From assembly GCF_006345805.1 (NCBI RefSeq), contig NC_043007.1, positions 22,692,001 to 22,756,000 of the forward strand: 64,000 nt of DNA, written 5' to 3'. The stretch is from Octopus sinensis. Taxonomy: Eukaryota. Positions 50,538 through 64,000 of this stretch are shown here, in pieces; positions within the stretch are counted from its first letter, which is position 1, and every line of letters begins with the position of its first letter. The notes beneath the pieces were generated by a model that searched no databases, had not been told where the DNA came from, and worked only from the letters and a program-made list of their open reading frames with translations. The position numbers and the translations under genes are program-made.

Positions 50538-51394
50538 ATGTGTGTGTATGTATGTGTGTGTGTATGTATGTATGTATGTATGTATGAATGTATGTATGAA
50601 TGTATGTATGTATGCATGTATCTGTGTTTGTATGTACGCATGTATGTATGTATCTATGTGTAGGTGTGTTTGTGTTTGCCCCTCAGCACTATTTGACAGT
50701 GTGTTTGTTTACATTTCCATAACGGTCATTTGTCGAAAGAGACCAGCAGAATAAGTACAAGGGTTAAAAAACAATAAGTACTGGGGGTCAATTTATTTAA
50801 TTAAAACCCTTCTAGACTATGCTCCAGCATGGCCACCTTCCAATGACTGAAACAAGTAGAAAATAAAAGATAAGACATAGGAAGATTTACATGTATCGAT
50901 CATTATTTCAAAAGTTCTTTTATCATAATATTCTTATCAAAACTGAGAGCTTGATAAAAATTTCTTTGTACATGCATTTGGCATATGTATATTATCATCA
51001 CTATCATTGTTTAAAGTCCTGGCGAACCAGATGGCTGCACCAGGCTCCAATCTTGATCTGGCAGAGTTTCTACAGCTGGATGCAGTTCCTAATGCCAACT
51101 ACTTTCTGGCATATTCTGGGTGAGGTCACCATGCAGTGTAGTCTTGAAAACTGCTCAGTAGTGCTGGTGGCATGAATAAAGCCCCAGTACAAGCTAGCAT
51201 ATGTCCCTATCCTTTAAAAAAACATCCTTCATTTGCAAGCATTTATTCTGTCTTATAGGTTGTGTTCATCATCATTGTTTAACGTCTGCTTTCCATGCTA
51301 GCATAGGTTAGATGATTTGACTGAGGACTGGCAAACCAGATGGCTGCACCAGGCTCCAATATTGATCTGGCAGAGTTTCTACAGCTGGATGCAG

Positions 51395-52430
51395 TTCCAA
51401 ACAGATCCACCAATGTAACTTACCATCACCCAAATAAGAGATAAGTTTAATGTTCACGAGAAGCATTCCGGAAGACCACGAACATCGACAACCCCCAACA
51501 AACCAAGAAGAAGTGCTGGAAACTATGTCCAAGAAAATTTATGTGACAAGTGAGTCATGAGGTAGGTATATCAAAATCGTCTGTCCAACGCATTTTGAAG
51601 CGTTGTCAATGGAAAAGTTATGTTCCAAGATTAGTCCATGTGATGATGATCCAAACCAAAGAGTGCAGTATTGCAAGTGGTACTTGGCATGATGCGTAGA
51701 AGATGCACACTTTCCAACAAAGATTGTGGAGTGATGAGGCCACATTCAAATTATATGGTTCAATTAACAACCAAAATTGCACCTACTAGGGACCTGAGAA
51801 TCCATATGTTATGATGGAACACCATGTTAATTTACCAGGAGTTACAGTGTGGTGTGGCTTATCATCAAGAGGATTAATTGGACCATTCTTTTTTGATGCT
51901 ACTGTGACTGGTCCCGTTTACTGGAACTTATTGCAACAGTCTGTTATGCCAAGCATTAGAGAAGACTTTGAAGATGAGGAGTTTTGTTTTCAATAAGATG
52001 GGGCACCCCCACACTACCATCACAATGTTAAATCCTTCCTTGATGAGATCTTGCTAAACAGGTGGATTGGACGAAGGGGTTTCACTGAATACTCTCCAAG
52101 TTCACCAGACCTCACACCGCTAGACATTTTCTATGGGGGTACCTAAAAGACAAAGTCTACGCTATGAAACCTGCAACAGTCGCTGGTTTGAGTGCAGCCA
52201 TTGAATGAGAATGCACACAAATACCAAACGAATTATTTCATGATGTTTGTGATTCCATTGCTTTGCGTTGTGAGTAGTGCCTGGACCAGAATGGATGTCA
52301 GTTTGAAAACAATTGTTGACAAAACAATAAAATAATGTCTGTAGATTCTATTAAATTTTGATAACGAAATGTATTTTAATAAACATTTACAATTATCTAA
52401 AGTGTGTATACATTTTTTTGGGACACCCAA
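51395..52430 (+). pseudogene. 5'-truncated Tc1/mariner-superfamily transposon, rosa/DD41D family
   Basis: SGRPRTST; DEATF...; (Q)DGAPPH...SPDLTPLD with 41 residues between the last two Asp; right TIR ...gtgtgtatacattttttgggacaccc then TA; stops and frameshifts. Confidence 0.85.
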
Positions 52431-52949
52431 TATATATATAGAAAGATATAGATATATAGATTCCAGAGGTGGCAAGTTCAAAAAGAAGTTATGTCTGGTC
52501 ACTCAGAGTAAAGTACTCCGTGATAAATCTGAGAGTGAATTAAATAAAATATCAAACAAAGATTATAAATTAGATTAAATATTACACACACATGTGCACG
52601 TGCACACACGCACGCACACAACCCCACCCCACAAGTTTGATGATACAGACAGGGAAAATAAGTGACAATGCATGAAACACCCCTACCTTTGAGTCACCCT
52701 GTACTTCTGCTGATTATCAATAAATACACACACACACACACACACGGTGAACAATATTTGTTTTATAATATATTTTCCTTTTTTTTTTCTTGCCCTTTTC
52801 AAGCCTAGCCAGGATCACGGGCCCGGTTTCCCAGTTTCTATGGTATATGTGTTTCCCCCAGCTGGACGGGACGCCAGTCCATCACAGCATTACTCAAGAA
52901 ACAGGAAGAAAGAGTGAGAGAAAGTTGGGGCAAAAGAGTACAACAGGAG

Positions 52950-53312
52950 TTTGTTTCGACCCTTTAGAATTGTAATTTCTGAAAAGTAAAAATTTTGCAT
53001 TATGTAGCTTGTAATTCTCATTAAGTGAACATTTTTCTGGTTGAAATACACTGAAAAATGGCGACACAGCAGTAAAAAAATCGTAAAAAATAGGGATTTT
53101 CATAGAAAAAAAGCACCTTTTTGATGTAAATAATTTTTGGTGTCAACATGGTCCGATTTGAATTTTATCTTCTACGGAATGAAGAGCAAGCCTTTTTCTA
53201 TCATACTCTCAATTTTGGTCAACTTGCACAGCAGGGTCTTGGAGGAGATAGTGTTAGTTGAAGGCTACCAAACCTGCCACACACAGACAACTTCAGCTTT
53301 ATATATATAAAT
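52950..53312 (-). mobile_element. Non-autonomous Helitron (same family as 6998), 3' end lost
   Basis: Reverse-complement match. Confidence 0.85.
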
Positions 53313-53436
53313 AAAACTTTGGAAACAGCAAACTGTGGAATCATGAGCATGCTTTCAAGGGAGATAATCAGAGAAAGACTTGAAAGTGAAGGTAAGATTG
53401 CAATACTTCATGTAAAGTAAATATAACGAATAATTC

Positions 53437-53627
53437 AGAATCCTTGTTCGATACTGGATCGATTCCAAAATCTAATCAGTTCATGCCAGTCACGAGGCCA
53501 AACATCTCAGAAAGTTTCATCCAAATCCATCCTGTGGTTCTTGAGGTATCTTGTCCATGGACAAACAAACAAACAAACAAACGCAACTGAAAACAATACC
53601 TCCGCCTTCGCTAAGGCAGAGGTAATA
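53437..53627 (+). mobile_element. Helentron/HINE-like non-autonomous 3' end
   Basis: (aaac)n followed by the terminal palindrome tacctccgccttcgctaaggcagaggta. Confidence 0.5.
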
Positions 53628-54319
53628 ACAACACCATAATTTGGAAATTGTTAAAAATAATCAATGCAAAGTAAGGAAGATGTTGAAATAAATGAAAGAA
53701 ATAAAATACCCGAGATATTGATCTGATGAGATGACTTGTTGGTTTTTTCTTTGACAATTTGCCAACCAAGAAAGAGAAAAAAAAACACAAAAAAATAATA
53801 ATAAAAACACTATAAATGTAAATAAAAAAATATTGTGAAATGTATCTTTTCTATATTTAATTTTAATTTGCTAAACTATGCTAAAATTTTGGGAAATTTC
53901 TGTTAAAAGCAAAACAAAAATAAACAAACAAGCAGTAATTGCAATGTTGTATGAAGAAAAGATATCTTTAAATGAGTAAGCAAAATGAAATGCAATGGAT
54001 AAAAACAAAAATAATTGAGAATTGGTGCAACAAAAATATGTGTTTGGTTGTGTTGTGAAAAAACTGAGCTGCAGTAGAAAATATTTAAAGAATGAAAAAC
54101 AACACTATCCCGAAAATTCAGCTGCAAAGACACTATAATCAGACTGAACTCGAAAACCTAAGCCTTTTGATGGAATGAATCTGGGAGTCAACATGTAGAT
54201 GTGTTCTTTGAGTTAAAGGATAACAATTCTGTCTTTTGTGTTTTTATCTATGTGGAAACAGAGAAGGTTTGACTTACCATAAGAAATAAAGGCGCTGAGT
54301 GTAATTCTTTTTGCCAAAG

Positions 54320-54656
54320 ACGACACTCACACATGCACACACACACACACACAAATATATATAAATACATATATACATACATCAATATATATATATATGT
54401 ATATGCATATGTATATATATATACACACATATATACACACATATATATTGATGCATATCTGTATACTTGTAGACATGCACATAATATATACACACACACA
54501 TATATATACATACACATACATGCACAAATATACGCACAGGCACATACAGACAAACACACACACACATATATCAATATATATATGCATATGTATATATATA
54601 CACTCACATATATATTCAAGCATATCTGTATACTTGTAGACACACACATAATATAT

Positions 54657-54703
<47 letters not shown>

Positions 54704-55423
54704 TACAGAAACACACACATACACAAATATACACACACGTGCATACAGACAAACACACACACACATACACAAATACACACACTCACACACACACACACAC
54801 ACATCCATCATCATCATGTCCACTTTTCCACACTTGCAAGAGTAAAACAGAATTTATCGAAACAGAATTCCTTCTGCTTGATGCTCTTTCTGTTGCTAAC
54901 CTTCACCTGTTTCCATATGAGGTAATATATCCCCATAGCCTGATATATTATCATAGAAGATACTGCTTGTAAGATTTTCATTTACAATTATCATACATAC
55001 ATACATACATACATACATACACACACACACATACATACATACATACATACATACATACATACATACATACATAAATACATACATACATACATACATACAT
55101 ACATACATACATACATACATACATACATACATGCATGCATGCATGCATGCATGCATACATACATACATACATACATACATACATACATTTATACATACAT
55201 TTATACATACATTCATACATACATACATTCATACATTCATACATACATACATACATACATACATACATACATAAATACATACATACATGCATGCATACAT
55301 GCATACATACATACATACATACATACATACATACATACATACATTCATACATATATACATTTATACATACATACATACATTCATACATACATACATTCAT
55401 ACATACATACATTCATACATACA

Positions 55424-55455
<32 letters not shown>
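54320..55455. repeat. Compound (CA)n/(TA)n and long (CATA)n microsatellites
   Basis: Direct reading; source of the H/I/T/Y and V/C/M/Y ORFs. Confidence 0.95.
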
Positions 55456-55459
<4 letters not shown>

Positions 55460-55627
55460 CACACGATGGGCCTCTTTCAGTTTGCGTCTACCAAATCCAC
55501 TCACAAGGCTTTGGTCAGCCCAAGGCTATAGTAGAAGACACTTGCCCAAGGTGTCACGCAATGGGACTGAACCCAGAACCATATGATTGGAAAGCAAGCT
55601 TCTTACCACACAGCCACTCCTGCGCCT

Positions 55628-56805
<1,178 letters not shown>

Positions 56806-57197
56806 TTTTTGATTAAGATGATAATGATTAATATTTTATTTTAAATAGAATAGCAATTTTCCCCTTTAAGAAAAAAAAAATCAAGTACCCATGATACAAA
56901 AAATATCTCATAAAAATATAGGGAGAATTTCTATCTTTCAGTTCACAGCATTCTGAAAGTTGTATAAATGATTAAGGAAAGAAAAAAGAAAGTAAGAAAA
57001 AGGGACAGATGGCAGTAACTGCGATGACTCTTTGAAGTGTTGACATTTCCAACTTGATTTTTTTCTTAAAGGGGCAAATGACTATTTCATTTGTAATCTT
57101 TATTATCTTAATCAAATGGTAGGAAAACAGAGGAACTTTGAGTTTTAGTCTAATATTGAAACACACATATATTTAGTTGTAAGATAGTGAGGTAGAT

Positions 57198-57548
57198 ATA
57201 TATTGGGTTGTCTGGAAAGTTCTTGCTGATTTTTAAAGGAAAGAAAAAGGTCAATAAATACTTGCCATCAATTTTTAATCAACCAAATATGAACCATTTT
57301 GTTGCACAATGCGTTTCCATCTTTCCTTTAACTTGAAAATACCCTCTTCCCAGAACTGAGGTGATTTCATGGCAAAGAATTCATCAAGGTATCTTTTTAC
57401 GTCATCCAAAGAATTGAAATTTTTACCATTAAGACCTGCAGAGACCTGAATAAGTGGAAATTCAAGAGAGCAATATCTGATGAATATAGAGGGTGGGGTA
57501 ACACATCCCAGCCAAGCTGCAGCAATTTTTGTTTGGTTCCCAAAGCAT
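57198..57548 (-). pseudogene. Mariner transposase 3' relic with TIR
   Basis: LGWDVLPHPLYSSDIA..FHLFRSL..LNGKNF...EGIFKLKERWKRIVQQNGSY. Confidence 0.8.
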
Positions 57549-57651
57549 CAAGTGCCGAAAATGAACTTTCTTATCTTCCATTTTAAAGGGTTACAGAATT
57601 AACACAGATTATAGGAACATAAACCTTCTTCCACGAAAAGATAGCTTAAAC

Positions 57652-58030
57652 TGTGCTCTAAATGGAGGTGTAGTCAAATCCTATTTTATGGACTCAACCA
57701 TGTTCTAAAATAAGTCGAAAGGTAAGCTACTATGAATCGGCACGGACTTTCCAGACAACTCAATATTTAGAGATATTTCCACCGATTCTTTGCATTCCGA
57801 ATTCAAATCCCACGGAGGCCAACTCTGCTTTTCACACAACTCCCCACCCTGGAATCGGTAAAATAGAGAAACAACCAGGTACTGAAATCGATGGCATCAA
57901 CTATTTACCAGCCCTCCCACCTCCTTCTTCTCAAAATTGCTGGCCTTGTTGCAAAATTTGAAACCATTATCATCACCGCCATCGTTGTTGTTGACCAAAC
58001 ATTTTACATACACACATATATACACACACA

Positions 58031-58062
<32 letters not shown>

Positions 58063-58277
58063 TACACATACATATATATTACAGACATATACCCACACTG
58101 ATACACATACATGCACACATATACATATACACACATACACACAGACATACACACGCGTGTGTATGTGCTCTAAATGGAGGTATAGTCAAATCCTATTTTA
58201 TGGACTCAACCATTTTCTAAAATAAGTCGAAAGGTAAGCTACTATAAATCGGCACAAACTTTCCAGACAACCCAATA
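57652..58277 (+). repeat. 114-bp direct repeat (57652-57765 and 58164-58277) flanking a decayed SINE D-like segment and (CA)n
   Basis: About six substitutions between the copies by eye. Confidence 0.85.
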
Positions 58278-58769
58278 CAATTTTAGATTTGAGACATATA
58301 TTTACATGGAGTACAAAATACAGAGGACAGTTATCTAAAGTGCCATGCAGCAGGACTGAACCCAAGATCACATGATTGGTAAGCAAGGTTCATGCCATCT
58401 AACCCACTACGAATCTACAAAGCTGTACGCTACACCAGCAACAACAATAGTGATAACAACATTAACAATAGCAACAACAACAACAACAACAGCAGCAGCA
58501 GCAGCAGCAGCAGAAAGTTATGAAGCCCACCTGTTAGTGAATTTAATGTTTCACATTGAGTTAGAAGTAAATACTTGACGGACTGTTCAGCAGAGAGATA
58601 CAGATTTAATTAACGAACTGTAAATTAGACAAATGAAATGGCAGCTGGTGGAGGAGGAGTGGGTGGCTGCAGAGGTGAATGATGAATGGTGGAGAAAGGG
58701 GGGGGGATGTAGGGGGAGGTAAAACAATGGGCGAAATTGCATCCCCTCCCCCAAAATATGTGTATGTAT

Positions 58770-58778
58770 GCATATATA

Positions 58779-58820
<42 letters not shown>

Positions 58821-58829
58821 TATACATAC

Positions 58830-58910
<81 letters not shown>

Positions 58911-58963
58911 ATATATATATATATGTATATATGTAGGTATGTATGTATGTATGTATATATATA

Positions 58964-59011
<48 letters not shown>

Positions 59012-59028
59012 TACACATACATATATAC

Positions 59029-59079
<51 letters not shown>

Positions 59080-59310
59080 GTTTTTTATGTATATAGATAT
59101 CTCTCGACACACAACACACATACAAGCATGTATATTCATATGTATATAATATATATATATATATATATACACACACAGACAGAGGCACACTCACATATAT
59201 ATCCATAGCAATACATATATATACATATACATACATACAAAGACACATATATATCTATGTGTATGTGTGTATTTGTTTATTTATCTGCCACTCTATCTAT
59301 CTATCCATCC

Positions 59311-59378
<68 letters not shown>

Positions 59379-59460
59379 GCTTGTTCGTGTGTCTATCTAT
59401 CTGTCAATCTATCTATCTGCTTGTTCGTGTGTCTATTTATCTGTCAATCTATCTATCTAT
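58770..59460. repeat. (TA)n/(CA)n and (TCTA)n microsatellites
   Basis: Direct reading. Confidence 0.95.
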
Positions 59461-59964
59461 ATATGTATACAAATGTGTGCATGTGTGTGTGTGTATGTAT
59501 ATAGATGTGTCTGTGTATACACATATACATGCCTGGGTGTGTATATATATATATTTGAAAGTCCTTGTGAAAAGATACAGTTTTTAAGTATAAAGTTGAT
59601 ATTTTTTTTTACAGAATGACTGAAAGAAAATCTCTCAAGAGTGCCTTCTGCATGACAAACATATAGTTAAGTGCAGGCTGCCATACCTTGAAAAGGCAAA
59701 CAAAAACAAATTTTTGATTAATTGTGAAATTGCAATACAAATAAGGAAAAAAAAAAAGAAAACCAGACACTTCTGTTTACAACGATACATTCTTAGAAGA
59801 AGTCTTGGAGAGAACTCTTGAAATTTCAATTTCAATCAGTTAGAATTTATATCTAAATGGACACATGTAGAAGAATGAATGAGCTTCCAGTTGCATAACC
59901 ACAGTGACAGCCATGGATAACTTGCAGTCTCGTTGGACCACTGGACATTCTCCCCAATACACTC

Positions 59965-60548
59965 TTTTACTCTTTTATGCTTTTACTTGTTTCAGTCATT
60001 TGACTGTGGCCATGCTGGAGCACTGACTTTAGTCGAGTAAATTGACCCCAAGACTTATTCTTTGGGAGCCTAGTACTTATTCCACCGTTCTCTTTTGCTG
60101 AACCTCTAAGTTATGGGGATTTATAAACACACCAGACACACAAACATATATACACACACACATATATATATATATATATAACGGGAAGCTTTATGAAAAT
60201 AAACAAAAGACGAAGGCAGGTGGAGTACAAACAAACAATTGTATTAGTATGGCGCTCAGGAATATAAATAAAACAAGTCTTTTACGTTTCGAGCCTACGC
60301 TCTTCAACAGAAAGATACACAGAAAAGAAACACGGAGAGAAACAAGGAGAGAAAAAAATGCGACATATACATATACAAATACATATATACGATGGGCTTC
60401 TTTCAGTTTCCGTCTACCAAATCCACTCACAAGGCTTTGGTCGGCCCGAGGCTATACTAGAAGACACTTGCCCAAGGTGCCACACAATGGGACTGAACCC
60501 GGAACCATGTCGTTCATAAGCCAACTACTTACTACACAGCCACTACTA
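59965..60548 (-). mobile_element. SINE family A with an internal ~180-bp hammerhead-containing insert (60181-60362)
   Basis: SINE halves flank the insert at the internal (TA)n. Confidence 0.8.
60278..60315 (-). ncRNA. Minimal hammerhead ribozyme motif (Penelope-type) with an A6U core variant
   Basis: Minus strand: tcttt-CTGTTGA-a-GAGC gtag GCTC-GAAAC-GTA/aaaga; 5-bp stem I, 4-bp stem II, loopless ACGT stem III, GUA triplet. Confidence 0.6.
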
Positions 60549-60877
60549 CCCCTATATTCAATAGCTACACAAATATGTATTATATGCACACACACACATA
60601 TTGTTTATTAGTCACGATTGTTCATAGGTCACACACAGTAATTCTGTTAAAATAAAAAATGAAATTGTGTCACTTACATATAGCTAAATACAATTTATAT
60701 CTAAATACATGTACAGGTGTGGCTGTGTGGTAAGTAGCTTGCTTACGAACCACATGGTTCCGGGCTCAGTCCAACTGCAAGACATCTTGGGCAAATGTCT
60801 TCTACTATAGCCTTGGGCTGACCAAAATTTGTGAGTGGGTTTGGTAGACAGAAACTGAAAGGAGCCATCATATATAT

Positions 60878-60908
<31 letters not shown>

Positions 60909-61240
60909 CTACACTGTCAGAGTGGTTGGCATTAGGAAGGGCATCCAGAAATGCTGCCAGATCAGATTGGAGCCTGGTGCAGCCATCTGGCTCACCAGCC
61001 CTCAGTCAATATCGTCCAACCCGATGATGATGATGATGATATATATATATGTTTACAATGGGTTTCTGTCAGTTTTCCATCTACAAAAATCCACTCATAA
61101 GGTTTGGTTGGCCTAAGGCTATAGTATGAAACACTTGCCCAAGGTGTCATGTAGTAGGACTGGACCCAGAACCATGTGGTTCTTACCACACATCAGTGCC
61201 AATATACATACATACATACATACATATATATATTTATATA

Positions 61241-61276
<36 letters not shown>

Positions 61277-61424
61277 TGTGTGTGTGTGTAAATATGTATG
61301 TATGTACGTACGTACGTACGTACGTACGTATGTATGTATGTATGTATGTATGTGTGTGTGTATGTATGTATTTGTGTGTGTGTGTGCGTGTGTATGTAAA
61401 TATGTATGTATGTATGTATGTATT

Positions 61425-61456
<32 letters not shown>

Positions 61457-61786
61457 CAACAGATGTAAGACCTAAAAAAATTAAGTCAGAACATGCAATT
61501 TTAAAAATTGAAGCCATATATTTCAATCAAGTTACAAGTAATACCTCGAGACCCACTTTCCATCTGTTTCCGGATGTCTCACATAAAAATGGAATTTATA
61601 TTGAAATCTGATTTGATATTTACATTCATTTACATATCTTAGGACTGTATGGCATGCCATGCATTCATGCATGAAACAGTATGTATATATGTGTGTGTAT
61701 GTGTATATGCATGTGTGCACACATATATTTATGTATGCATATATGTATGAATGCAAGTATGTATGTATATATATTGTATGTATGTA

Positions 61787-61859
<73 letters not shown>

Positions 61860-61862
<3 letters not shown>

Positions 61863-62265
61863 CGCAGGAGTGGCTGTGTGGTAAGTAGCTTGTTTACCAG
61901 CCACATGGTTCCGGGTTCAGTCCCACTGCTTGGCACTTTGGGTAAGTGTCTTCTGCTATAGCCCCGGGCCGACCAATGCCTTGTGAGTGGATTTGGTAGA
62001 CGGAAACTGAAAGAAGCCTGTCGTATATATGTATATATATATATGTATGTGTATGTGTGTTTGTGTGTCTGTGTTTGTCCCACTAGCATTGCTTGACAAC
62101 CGATGCTGGTGTGTTTACGTCCCCGTCACTTAGCGGTTCGGCAAAAGAGACCGATAGAATAAGTACTAGGCTTACAAAGAATAAGTCCCGAGGTTGATTT
62201 GCTCGACTAAAGGCGGTGCTCTAGCATGGCCGCAGTCAAATGACTGAAACAAATAAAAGAGAAAA
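61860..62265 (+). mobile_element. SINE family A, full length, CpG-retaining (young)
   Basis: Near-consensus head, body and tail. Confidence 0.9.
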
Positions 62266-62284
62266 GCGAGTATATATATATATA

Positions 62285-62750
62285 TATCATCATCATCATC
62301 ATTGTTTAACGTCTGCTTTCCATGCAAGCATGGGTTGGACGGTTTGATGGATGACTGGTGAGCCAGAGGCACCTGGTTCAATCTGGTCTGGCAGTGTTTC
62401 TACAGCTGGATGTCCTTCCTAACACCAAGCACTCTTCGAGAGTACAGTGGGTGCTTTTTACGTGCCACCACCATGAGGGCCAGTCGGGCGGTTCTGGCGA
62501 CGACCACACTTACGCTCAAAAGGTGTTTTTACATGGTACTTACACAGGAGCCAGTTTGGCGGCACTGGCAACAACCATGCTTGAATGCTGTTTTTCGAGT
62601 GCCACTGGCACATGTGCCGGTAAGGCAAAGCTGGCGATGATCACATTCGGATGGTACTTTTCAAGTGTCACCGGCACGGGAGCCAATCTGTGGCGCTGGC
62701 AACAATCATGCTTGGATGTGCTTTTAACATTCCAGTGGCACAAGTGCCAT
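62285..62750 (-). mobile_element. RTE-clade 3' region
   Basis: (CAT)n then aacgtctgctttccatgc...; internal tggcact/gccactggcac repeats. Confidence 0.7.
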
Positions 62751-62758
62751 ATATACAT

Positions 62759-62809
<51 letters not shown>

Positions 62810-63044
62810 CTTGTTTCAGTCATTTTGACTGCGTCCATGCTGGAGCACCGCCTTTTAGTCGAGCAACTCGACCCCGGGACTCATTCATTTTGTAAGCCCA
62901 GTACTTATTCTATCGGTCTCTTTTTGCCGAACCGCTAAGTGACATATATTATATATATATATATGTATATATAATTGTGTGTGTATATATATATGTATAT
63001 ATGTATATGCCTTCCTGAACTAGTTTTCCACCACATTTCTCATA

Positions 63045-64000
<956 letters not shown>

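Noticed and set aside
58440-58512. (AAC)n(AGC)n tract as a poly-Q/T/A coding exon
   Set aside because: No splice sites or flanking coding context; simple repeat.

Overview
Eukaryotic, AT-rich, repeat-saturated DNA. The SINE, MITE and microsatellite landscape looks like an octopus (coleoid cephalopod) genome; this is inferred from repeat families, not verified. Only one host coding exon is supportable: a 120-nt first exon on the minus strand (44690-44809) resembling the N-terminus of PEST-family non-receptor tyrosine phosphatases (PTPN12/18/22). No second exon was found, so 1-44689 is probably all intron 1. The rest is tRNA-derived SINEs of about four families, RTE-LINE 3' ends, mariner and rosa (DD41D) relics, TTAA-flanked MITEs, a Merlin-like MITE, non-autonomous Helitrons, a Helitron RepHel relic, two Ty3/gypsy RT relics and long microsatellites. 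Almost all ORF-track ORFs are repeat or microsatellite artefacts. The most interesting signal is a 3 x ~274-bp tandem array (4732-5561) in which every unit ends in a minimal type I hammerhead-ribozyme motif with a palindromic stem III, the architecture of non-LTR retrozymes and Penelope pseudo-LTRs. A second minimal hammerhead sits inside a SINE at 60278-60315. Also notable are a chimeric Helitron triplet with a mappable crossover, an intronic E-box/M-box cluster and several fold-back or inverted duplications. All coordinates and alignments were read by eye; repeat boundaries are approximate.
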